Source: an uncultured euryarchaeote (GTDB taxonomy: Archaea; Thermoplasmatota; Poseidoniia; Poseidoniales; Poseidoniaceae). Taken from it: DNA of 16,669 nucleotides. This document shows, in pieces, positions 8,460-15,965 of the stretch. The translations under genes were made by a program, and so were the position numbers. Location: assembly GCA_937899865.1 (NCBI GenBank), contig CALBRH010000021.1, positions 1-16,669 on the forward strand, given 5' to 3'. The notes beneath the pieces are model-generated. The model was not told the origin of the DNA and did no database searches. It saw only the letters and a program-made list of their open reading frames with translations. Numbering within the stretch: the stretch's first letter is position 1; each line of letters opens with the position of its first letter.

Positions 8460-9230
8460 TTATTGTTCAGGTAAATTCTTTTTTGTTGAATCGGGATTAG
8501 AATCTCTTGAACCCCATGGAGTTCTAGTACGATTAAGTCCTATGCGTTTAGCAAACAAAAATTTGAAATTTTTCCAACCGTCTCCCCAAGTGTGAATCTC
8601 AGCATCACCCACTCTAGGACGATAAGGCACTGATATTTCGATGGCTTTTGATTTGCCAATGTGTTTTCTTGCCAGAATCTTGATCTCTTCTGATAATGGC
8701 ATGCCATCATTGGTAGGTCGCATTTTTTGATTGTCAAAAATCGATTTTCTAAATACCCACATACCGGATTGAGAATCTTTTATCCCATAGCCAAATAGTA
8801 ATCTTGCAGTGAAAGATAATGCCCAATTTCCAAAACCGTGAAGTCCAGACATCGAACCATCTTCGGCAAGAGATAAACGGTCACAGGTAATGAAATGTAA
8901 ATCATCATCAAGTAATTTTTTGACTAATTTTGGAATTAACTCTGCAGGATAGGTACAATCAGCATCCATAGTGACAATAATGTCGTTACTTGCAATATCA
9001 AATCCGGTACGGTATGCTCTTCCATAACCACGGCGGTCTTCTAAGTGAACTCTAGCACCCTTCTTCAAAGCAAGTTCCCTTGTCTTGTCAGAAGAGTTAC
9101 CATCGACAATCAAAATTTCCAGTTTCTTACACCATCCGGTTGGGATTGAGTCAATAGTTGGCTCTATTGCTTCTTCCTCATTTCTTGTTGGGAGTATTAC
9201 CGTAACGGTTACTGGAAGTTTATCCCCCAT
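8460..9230 (-). CDS. Glycosyltransferase family 2, DPM1/polyprenol-phosphate sugar synthase-like (256 aa)
   Basis: VILPTRNEEEAI, ILIVDGNSSDKT, RGYGRAYRTGF, DxD motif VTMDADCTY, and IKDSQSGMWVFRK match the DPM/DPG-synthase-like GT-A pattern. There is no C-terminal TM domain. Confidence 0.92.
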   Translation of the reverse strand: MGDKLPVTVTVILPTRNEEEAIEPTIDSIPTGWCKKLEILIVDGNSSDKTRELALKKGARVHLEDRRGYGRAYRTGFDIASNDIIVTMDADCTYPAELIPKLVKKLLDDDLHFITCDRLSLAEDGSMSGLHGFGNWALSFTARLLFGYGIKDSQSGMWVFRKSIFDNQKMRPTNDGMPLSEEIKILARKHIGKSKAIEISVPYRPRVGDAEIHTWGDGWKNFKFLFAKRIGLNRTRTPWGSRDSNPDSTKKNLPEQ

Positions 9231-9266
9231 AGTTGTGCGTGATGATTTTCTGTTTTGAAGTCATTG

Positions 9267-9281
9267 GATGAATAATTCATC
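9267..9281. promoter_or_regulatory. Perfect 15-bp palindrome between divergent glycosyltransferase genes; candidate operator
   Basis: GATGAAT-A-ATTCATC, located 37 bp upstream of the GT2 start and 58 bp upstream of the GT4 start. Confidence 0.5.
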
Positions 9282-9338
9282 AATTTTTGTAGCCATAAGT
9301 GGTTAAAATTCAAACGCAAAGTACTCATCGCCGACTTG

Positions 9339-10607
9339 ATGCACATTGCAATGATAGCAGGAGAATACCCTCCAAGATGGGGAGGTATTGGCTCAGTAGT
9401 GTTTCATCTAGCAGGCCATCTTGCATCATTTGGCCATCAAGTAACAATCATTACTCGCTCCCACAATGGTATTGCTCCTGCACAATCAGGAGTTTCAATA
9501 GTTGAAGTGCCATGGATTAAGTTACCAATGAAATTTACACGTTCATATGCAAAGAATGCATTAAAAGTGCTAAAAAGATTACATCAATCTGAACCGTTCG
9601 ATGTTATTCATATTCATCTTCCACTAGCCTCATTCACATCTAAGGAATTCAAATTTATGGAACAAAATATCGCTCCAGTTTGTTGTTCTTTACATGGTTC
9701 TTGGTTGGGTGAAAAGCAAGGTGTAATTCGTGCTGCGAAAGCAGGTGAGTCTGCTACTTGGTTAAATCCAAATGATCTTGCGATTAGATTAACTGCAAAA
9801 TGGTATTCGAGATACGAGAAGGCTGGTTTATTGAATACTTCAATTAGTGTTGCGAACTCTCAATCAACTCTGAAAGAATTTGCTGAATGGTATGCTCCTG
9901 GGGAGCAGTACAATGCTAAGGTAATTCTTTGGGGTTGTGATCACAAAGTATTTCGTCCAGCAAACATGGATGATGAAGAAGAGCAACTTGCTCATGAAAA
10001 AATCAGACATCAATATAATTGCGACGATGAAAAAGCCCTCAGCCATAAAGTAAGTACAGATACGCCAATGTTGCTTGCTGTTGGAAGGCTTGTAGCACGG
10101 AAAGGATACATGACCTTGCTTCGAGCTATGCCGAATATTTTAGCTAAACATCCCGGTGCAAAATTGGTGATAATCGGACGCGGACACATGAAAAGTAAAC
10201 TATTGAAAGAGGCCAAAAAACTCTCAATTAGAGACTCAGTTTTCATCAAGAGTGGGATGTCATTTGATGACTTAGCACAGCATTTTAGAAGCGCTGATTT
10301 GGTAGTTTATCCCTCGTATTATGAAGGACAAGGTTTGATTCCCCTTGAATCCATGTCAAGTGGCACTCCAGTTGTAACAGTAGACATGGCGCCACTAACA
10401 GAAATGGTCGATGATACGGTCGGCGGATTATTTGAAAGTGGTAATTCACAAGATTTAGCTAAAACGGTAAACAACATGCTGTCAGATGCACAAGGAAGGT
10501 CAATGAAAGCGGAAGCAGGAAGAAAATTGGTTTTGTCAAAATATACTTATGAACACAATGCTAATGATTTTCTCGATATTTATCAATCAATAATAAAACA
10601 GGATTAG
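9339..10607 (+). CDS. Glycosyltransferase family 4 (GT-B, retaining; RfaB/PimA-like) (422 aa)
   Basis: N-terminal MHIAMIAGEYPPRWGGIGSVVFHLA...GHQVTII. C-terminal LLAVGRLVARKG, LVIIGRG, ADLVVYPSYYEGQGLIPLESMSSGTPVV (E-x7-E motif). ATG 9339 is preferred over TTG 9336. Confidence 0.95.
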   Translation: MHIAMIAGEYPPRWGGIGSVVFHLAGHLASFGHQVTIITRSHNGIAPAQSGVSIVEVPWIKLPMKFTRSYAKNALKVLKRLHQSEPFDVIHIHLPLASFTSKEFKFMEQNIAPVCCSLHGSWLGEKQGVIRAAKAGESATWLNPNDLAIRLTAKWYSRYEKAGLLNTSISVANSQSTLKEFAEWYAPGEQYNAKVILWGCDHKVFRPANMDDEEEQLAHEKIRHQYNCDDEKALSHKVSTDTPMLLAVGRLVARKGYMTLLRAMPNILAKHPGAKLVIIGRGHMKSKLLKEAKKLSIRDSVFIKSGMSFDDLAQHFRSADLVVYPSYYEGQGLIPLESMSSGTPVVTVDMAPLTEMVDDTVGGLFESGNSQDLAKTVNNMLSDAQGRSMKAEAGRKLVLSKYTYEHNANDFLDIYQSIIKQD

Positions 10608-10700
10608 TCATAATAATCTGTTTCAGTCAAAAAAACTCGATTATTTGCTAGTTCGTAAGAAACTGCCCAATAAGCGATGAAATTAGGATTTGGCTTGCGA

Positions 10701-10714
10701 GACAAATAAATATA
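10701..10714 (+). promoter_or_regulatory. Archaeal BRE/TATA-like promoter, probably for a leaderless transcript
   Basis: Purine-rich GACAAA followed by TAAATATA (10707-10714), centred about 30 nt upstream of ATG 10740. No SD precedes that ATG. Confidence 0.55.
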
Positions 10715-10739
10715 CAAACAATGTACATGATTTGTTATT

Positions 10740-11129
10740 ATGATTATTGAGTGTCCGGAATGCTCTAAATCTCTTCGATTTCCTGGAAATGCTATAATTG
10801 TTAAATGTCCAGAGTGTGAACAAATCATTAATGTTGAACAAATTATACTTAATAAAAGAGGTTGGAGAATTGCATCTATTGGTATGATTTTATGTTTTCA
10901 TTATTACTTTTTAGCAATACTTGCTCTAGGTTTGCCTTTCGGCACATCAAATGTTGGAGTAATGGTTTTGATAATTATGATTGGAACGCTGATAGCAATT
11001 ACTGGTTTAATTCTTGCAATAACAGATAAATTGGGGAAAAATAACAAAATGATAGTTCTCGAGATAATAGCATTGATTGCTGTATTAAGCCATGCTTATG
11101 TTGTCGGAACTATGGGTTCAATAAGTTGA
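10740..11129 (+). CDS. Small zinc-ribbon membrane protein (N-terminal CxxC-x14-CxxC + about 3 TM helices), 129 aa
   Basis: MIIECPECSKSLRFPGNAIIVKCPEC followed by KRGWR and three hydrophobic segments; it has its own TATA-like element. Confidence 0.75.
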   Translation: MIIECPECSKSLRFPGNAIIVKCPECEQIINVEQIILNKRGWRIASIGMILCFHYYFLAILALGLPFGTSNVGVMVLIIMIGTLIAITGLILAITDKLGKNNKMIVLEIIALIAVLSHAYVVGTMGSIS

Positions 11130-11158
11130 ATGATAACTACATACTAGTTGGTAATTTG

Positions 11159-11176
11159 TTCGACGAAATTGTCGAA
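11159..11176. promoter_or_regulatory. 6-6-6 inverted repeat upstream of the surface-protein operon
   Basis: TTCGAC-GAAATT-GTCGAA, about 55 bp upstream of ATG 11232. Confidence 0.4.
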
Positions 11177-11231
11177 TTATTTTGCAATACATTAGGCGGC
11201 TAATTCATAGATGATATGCAGATTGGGCAAC

Positions 11232-13760
11232 ATGGTCGCGCAGCGATTCATGGTCGTGGCTTTGGTCGCGTTGTTGATGACATTTGTTCCAACCTCATCA
11301 GCAGATGACAATATACAGAGCGCTACTACTCTAACTCCTAATACTCAAACCTCTGAGAAAGTCTGCTATACAGATGGTTGTTCACCAGTTGATCAAACAG
11401 ATTGGTGGAAAGTTAATGGCTACAAAGGTGATGTAATTACTATTTCATTTCAAGGTAAACCACTGAATAATCAAGATTGGTTATGCTTTTGGGGGGATGG
11501 ATGGGAAGGTGATGTTTCAATCCACAGGGCTGATGGCTCAGAGATTGGTAGCACATATGTAACTGATGATGACCCAGATGTTTCATACACAGTTAGTCTA
11601 AATACAGAGAGCCAAGTTTACATCAAGGTAAAAGGTCGAGACAGCAATTGTAATGACGAAATAAGGTATGATTTACTAGCAACTATTGATACTGCTCAAC
11701 GTGATACTGATGAGGACGGATATATTGATTCTGAAGATGCGTGCGACTTTACTCCCGGAACTTCAGCATACGATAGAAAAGGCTGTCTTGACAGTGATCT
11801 TGATGGTTACTCAGATCCCGAATTAGGCTGGGGTCCAAACAATGGTGCTGATGCATTTCCGTTCCAACCCTCTCAGTGGGAGGACTCTGATAACGATGGG
11901 TATGGGGACAATTTAGACGGCTATCAAGGAGATTTCTGTCCTTATAATTCTGGCCAATCATACAATGATAGATTTGGTTGCTTAGATACAGATGGTGACG
12001 GTTTTTCAGATCCAGATCCTGGTGGTCTATTTGGTGTAAGTGAGTGGTTTTCCCATCCAGTAGGTCTTGCAGACGCATTCCCTTCTGACAACACTCAGTG
12101 GACAGATACAGATGCTGATGGTTATGGTGATAATTGGGAAGACCCTGCATGGAATGAAACACATCTTGCATGGGGAATTGGTCAATGGCTTGAACAGGCA
12201 ACAACTCCCGATGCTTGTCCATTCATCACCGGGACCTCATCTTCAGATCGCTATGGTTGCCCTGATACAGATGGAGATAGTTATTCAGACGGGGATGAAA
12301 ATTGGACAATTTACAATGGTTCAGATGCTTTTCCTTTAGAGCCAACTCAATGGCAAGATTCAGATTATGATGGTTGGGGTGACAACCAAACAATTGGTGC
12401 AGCAAAAATAGATGATTTCCCAGAAAATCCAACTCAGTGGCGAGATACCGATAAAGATGGTTGGGGCGATAATCAAACCTATGGCGCAACTCAAATAGAT
12501 GATTTTCCATTGGTGCCATCGCAATATCGTGATACAGATGGGGATGGTTTTGGGGATAATAAAACAGGTTTCGAAGGTGATGTATGCGTATTTTCAACAC
12601 CAGAAGAAGTAGAATCAGGATGGATTTCAAGATTTGATAGACTAGGCTGCAGAGATACTGATAAAGATGGTTATTCCAATCCAACAGATGAATGGATTGC
12701 TCATCCAGATGGATTTGCTGATGCTTTCCCCGACGAAGCAAGTCAATGGTATGATACAGACTCAGATGGTTATGGAGACAATCTTGAATACTTCGATGGG
12801 CAAACGTGGCGTCAATCATTCCGTGGCGATAGTTGCAAGACTACAGTTGGCTATTCTACTTTTGATAGGTGGGGTTGTCCAGATGCCGATGGTGATGGAT
12901 GGTCAGATTCAACAGCAAATTGGTTAGCAAGTCCTGGTGGTAATGGTGATGCTTGGCCACTTGACCCTACACAGTGGCATGACCGAGATGGTGATGGCAG
13001 AGGAGATAACCCTCAAGGAACTACTGCGGATGTATGTCCAGATAGTGCTGGAACATCAGTTGGTCCTGCTGAAGGAGGGGACAGATGGGGTTGCATAGAT
13101 ACTGATGGTGATGGTTGGTCTGACCTTGGTGATGCATTTATTCATGAACCTACGCAATGGCGAGATAGTGATGGTGACGGATTTGGCGATGCTGCTGATG
13201 GTAACCAAGGAGATGCATGCCCTGAAGTAAGGGGCACCTCGCTGATGGATAGATTAGGTTGTAGGGATACTGACGGCGATGGCTGGTCAGACCCAACAGA
13301 AAACTGGAAAGCACATCCTTTTGGTTTAGCCGACTCTTTCCCTAATGAAGCACTTCAATGGCGAGATACTGATGGTGATGGTTATGGAGATGTTACTCTT
13401 GGATCATTAAGAGATGATTGTCCTAATGAAGCGGGCGATTCTACAAGAGATTTACAAGGTTGTCCTGACAATAACGGTGATGGTTGGTCAAATGAATATG
13501 GTACATTCAAATCAGCTATTGCTATCATGGGTGAAGACCCAGCAGCATCTTGGTTGACGTATTTGATAATTGGACTTGGTTTCATTCTTGGAGCATCATT
13601 GGCACTGGTTGTCAAGATGGGTCGAGAAGAAGATGACTTGAACAAACAGGAACAGATGTTTAATGAAAAGGAGCAAATTGATTTTTCAGCAAATTTGCCA
13701 CAAGAAGAAAACGATATCACTCAAGATTCAGTACAAGAAGGAGGTGAAATTGTTGATTAA
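11232..13760 (+). CDS. Surface protein: signal peptide + PPC-like beta-sandwich + thrombospondin type-3-like Ca-binding repeats + C-terminal TM (842 aa)
   Basis: Signal peptide MVAQRFMVVALVALLMTFVPTSSA/DD. PPC-like domain (DDNIQSATTL...DQTDWWKV...GDVITISF...YIKV...YDL). Repeats D-x-D-x-D-G-x-x-D with DAFP, QW-x-D and D-x-CP...GC motifs. TM WLTYLIIGLGFILGASLALVV followed by an acidic tail. ATG 11232 is preferred over 11211. Confidence 0.9.
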   Translation: MVAQRFMVVALVALLMTFVPTSSADDNIQSATTLTPNTQTSEKVCYTDGCSPVDQTDWWKVNGYKGDVITISFQGKPLNNQDWLCFWGDGWEGDVSIHRADGSEIGSTYVTDDDPDVSYTVSLNTESQVYIKVKGRDSNCNDEIRYDLLATIDTAQRDTDEDGYIDSEDACDFTPGTSAYDRKGCLDSDLDGYSDPELGWGPNNGADAFPFQPSQWEDSDNDGYGDNLDGYQGDFCPYNSGQSYNDRFGCLDTDGDGFSDPDPGGLFGVSEWFSHPVGLADAFPSDNTQWTDTDADGYGDNWEDPAWNETHLAWGIGQWLEQATTPDACPFITGTSSSDRYGCPDTDGDSYSDGDENWTIYNGSDAFPLEPTQWQDSDYDGWGDNQTIGAAKIDDFPENPTQWRDTDKDGWGDNQTYGATQIDDFPLVPSQYRDTDGDGFGDNKTGFEGDVCVFSTPEEVESGWISRFDRLGCRDTDKDGYSNPTDEWIAHPDGFADAFPDEASQWYDTDSDGYGDNLEYFDGQTWRQSFRGDSCKTTVGYSTFDRWGCPDADGDGWSDSTANWLASPGGNGDAWPLDPTQWHDRDGDGRGDNPQGTTADVCPDSAGTSVGPAEGGDRWGCIDTDGDGWSDLGDAFIHEPTQWRDSDGDGFGDAADGNQGDACPEVRGTSLMDRLGCRDTDGDGWSDPTENWKAHPFGLADSFPNEALQWRDTDGDGYGDVTLGSLRDDCPNEAGDSTRDLQGCPDNNGDGWSNEYGTFKSAIAIMGEDPAASWLTYLIIGLGFILGASLALVVKMGREEDDLNKQEQMFNEKEQIDFSANLPQEENDITQDSVQEGGEIVD
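11700..13495 (+). repeat. Intragenic TSP3-like repeat array
   Basis: Hand count of 8 GC-x-D-x-D/N-x-D-G/S-x-S-D/N motifs and 9 Q-W/Y-x-D-x-D-x-D-G-x-G-D motifs. It includes an 87-bp-period tandem duplication at 12348-12434 / 12435-12521. Confidence 0.88.
13740..13747 (+). promoter_or_regulatory. Strong archaeal SD GGAGGTGA inside the end of the TSP3 gene
   Basis: GGAGGTGA lies 5 nt before the in-frame TTG at 13753, which overlaps the upstream TAA (13758-13760). Confidence 0.8.
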
Positions 13761-15069
13761 CAATAAATCATTTTCGATTTTTACAATCTTCCTACTAACA
13801 TCATCGATGCTTGCATTAACTCAATTTTCGTTCAATGCACTAGCAGAAGAAGGTGATGAAGACCCATTGGCAGAGGCTGGACTAAGTTTGATTGCTATAC
13901 GTAATGATACACTTGATACCAACCAAGATGGTGATAATGACGCAATTAGAGTCGTAGTTGTGTTTGATACAGAACAAGAAAATACTAATTTGGAATTACG
14001 ATTGATTGGTGAATACAAAGATAAAGAGGTCACAGAAATATTACAATTCACCTTCTCTGGTCAATCAAATGCAAGCTTAGTTTACGATGCATGGGCATCT
14101 GGGGAACATGATTTAAGACTTCAAGTAGTTGATCAAGATGGTAACATAATAACTACAATACCATTGTCAACTTATGTCCTAAAACCAGCGTTACAAACTC
14201 CATCGATAATTTTGGCATTAAATGCACCTCAACGAATTGAAACAGGTGATGAATGTACAATTTCTAGAATATTTGCCGATGAAACAGGTCCACGATATGG
14301 TGCTACTGGCGTTAGAACTTTTTCTGGAGCACCTTTCACAGTTCTTGATTCACAGAATTCACTGGATTGCTCTCATTGGCCAGCGGGTGATTATATTTTG
14401 AAAGAGGCTTATCGTAACGATCTTGGTCAAACTAGTGAAGATTGGCTCAATATTACAATTCACAATAGGCCTGCACCGGACTTTTCTTTGCTGGTAATTG
14501 GTAATGGAAATTCTACAGATACTGAGTGTAAGGTGATGTTAAAACAAGCTGATGAGGATATTGATTTCAGCCCATTCCAAAAGATTTGGCGTATTCAAGG
14601 GTCACAGGTTGAGGGTAATATAGGTGATGAGTTTGACTGTTCAACCCTGCCTGCAGGAGTGCATTTAATTTCATTAGAAGTAATCAATAATGAACTAATT
14701 AGTGCAATTGACGGTATCAATATTGTGAGGATACCAGGAGTTGATTTAACAGAAGAACAGAAATCTACAGCACCGTCTCGATCATATGGAGAAGATACTG
14801 AAACCGAATCAGTTGGGTGGATTTCAATTGGTGTCCTTGGTTTAGTTGTTGTAGTTCTTTCATATCTCATTCTTGTTAGGGTCAAAGACGATGATGAAAC
14901 CTTAACGATGCGTGATTTAGGGCCAACTCCAATGATTCTTTCTGATGGTTCTCCAGACGCTGAAGGATTACCCACAACTACAGATGATGAAGGCGTATTG
15001 TGGCGCCAACACCCAGATGGCAATCATGATTGGTGGGATAATGAACTTCGAATTTGGGTTAGGTGGTGA
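13753..15069 (+). CDS. Secreted, membrane-anchored Ig/PKD-like protein with a Trp-rich cytoplasmic tail (about 438 aa), function unknown
   Basis: The TTG start gives signal peptide MINNKSFSIFTIFLLTSSMLALTQFSFNALA/EE. Ca-binding-like DTNQDGDND. Two paired-Cys units ending DCSHWPAGDYIL and DCSTLPAGVHLI. TM WISIGVLGLVVVVLSYLILV. Tail ...DDEGVLWRQHPDGNHDWWDNELRIWVRW. Confidence 0.8.
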   Translation: MINNKSFSIFTIFLLTSSMLALTQFSFNALAEEGDEDPLAEAGLSLIAIRNDTLDTNQDGDNDAIRVVVVFDTEQENTNLELRLIGEYKDKEVTEILQFTFSGQSNASLVYDAWASGEHDLRLQVVDQDGNIITTIPLSTYVLKPALQTPSIILALNAPQRIETGDECTISRIFADETGPRYGATGVRTFSGAPFTVLDSQNSLDCSHWPAGDYILKEAYRNDLGQTSEDWLNITIHNRPAPDFSLLVIGNGNSTDTECKVMLKQADEDIDFSPFQKIWRIQGSQVEGNIGDEFDCSTLPAGVHLISLEVINNELISAIDGINIVRIPGVDLTEEQKSTAPSRSYGEDTETESVGWISIGVLGLVVVVLSYLILVRVKDDDETLTMRDLGPTPMILSDGSPDAEGLPTTTDDEGVLWRQHPDGNHDWWDNELRIWVRW

Positions 15070-15965
15070 AACACCTGGATTTAGGAAGTTTCACTATTGG
15101 TGAATTGATTGCGATTTTCATTATTTCAATAGTCATTATTGTTTTTGCTAGATTTTTTTATGTCTGGTTTACAAGAATAAGGCCAAGAGTTCCTAGCACT
15201 GAAGCAGATTGGAATACGGATTGTGAGTTTCAATCCAAGGCAATTATTGAAGAAAATCATATTACGTTTACCAAAATTAGAGATTTCACTTGGCGAACCA
15301 CAAGGGATAGAGATGAAAAGTGGGATGAGAATGTCAAATTTGATTTACGGGAAATCAAAGATGTTTGGTTTATCGTAGATCATTTTCACAAAATTCACGG
15401 ATTAGCGCATACTTTTCTGAGTATTGAGTTCAACGATGGCAGGTGCATATCGATTTCATTTGAAGCAAGACGAGTGAAAGGTAAGAGGTATCACCCTTGG
15501 AAGGGATTATGGCGTTCTTATGAGTTGTATTTGTTGATTGGTTATGAGAGGGATTTGCTTGGTTTGAGAACTAATGCAAGAGGAAACAAGGATTATCTTT
15601 TTCGCGCAGTAACTCCTCCAGGAAAAGACCGTCAACTATTACTTGCAATTGCTCAAAAAATGAACCAATTAAGTGAAACAGCAGAATGGTATCATTCATT
15701 TTTCACTACTTGTAATACCTCTATTGTCAAAGTTGTCAATAAAATAACACCAGGCAGGATACCATTTATTTGGCGTAACTTTCTACCAGGGTATACACCA
15801 AAAGCTGCCTTCAAGTTGGGTTTAATCGAAGATTGGGGTGGCTTAGAAAAAACATTACAAATTGCGAGAGTGGATGAATTAGCCAAAGACTGGGATGGAA
15901 AATCAGATTACTCAACTTTTATTAGGAAACATATGCCTAATTCACCGGTTGACAAAAACCAATAG
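15066..15965 (+). CDS. DUF4105 (Lnb N-terminal domain-like; permuted NlpC/P60, Cys-His) membrane-anchored protein (about 299 aa)
   Basis: The GTG overlaps the upstream TGA (GTGA); GTG 15063 is an alternative start. N-terminal TM, then PSTEADW, IRDFTWRT, LAHTFLSIEFNDG, SFEARRVKG, YELYLLIGYERDLLGLRTN and WYHSFFTTCNTSI, which match the DUF4105 pattern as I recall it (His in HTFLS, Cys in the NCTT-equivalent). Confidence 0.85.
   Translation: MKHLDLGSFTIGELIAIFIISIVIIVFARFFYVWFTRIRPRVPSTEADWNTDCEFQSKAIIEENHITFTKIRDFTWRTTRDRDEKWDENVKFDLREIKDVWFIVDHFHKIHGLAHTFLSIEFNDGRCISISFEARRVKGKRYHPWKGLWRSYELYLLIGYERDLLGLRTNARGNKDYLFRAVTPPGKDRQLLLAIAQKMNQLSETAEWYHSFFTTCNTSIVKVVNKITPGRIPFIWRNFLPGYTPKAAFKLGLIEDWGGLEKTLQIARVDELAKDWDGKSDYSTFIRKHMPNSPVDKNQ

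Noticed and set aside
11135-11149. Short inverted repeat AACTA-CATAC-TAGTT after the zinc-ribbon gene
   Set aside because: 5-bp AT-rich arms are expected by chance and there is no convincing T-tract, so it is not called as a terminator.
11749-12927. Long antisense and off-frame ORFs (11749..12222, 12226..12819, 12067..12339, 12667..12927)
   Set aside because: These are expected by-products of GAT/GGT-rich Asp-Gly repeats, which deplete stops in other frames; the translations are His/Leu/Met-biased and featureless.
11700-13495. Periodic DNA repeats as a possible CRISPR array or diversity-generating element
   Set aside because: The repeats are in-frame, synonymous-diverged protein repeats with no identical direct repeats or unique spacers. 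No cas or reverse transcriptase gene is present.
13663-13752. Longer start for the 13663..15069 ORF given in the track
   Set aside because: It would overlap the TSP3 gene by 98 bp and bury the signal peptide. The GGAGGTGA SD supports TTG 13753.
8200-15069. Archaeosortase (PGF-CTERM) or lipobox anchoring of the three surface proteins
   Set aside because: No PGF motif precedes any C-terminal TM helix, each TM is followed by a long cytoplasmic tail, and no Cys follows the signal peptides.
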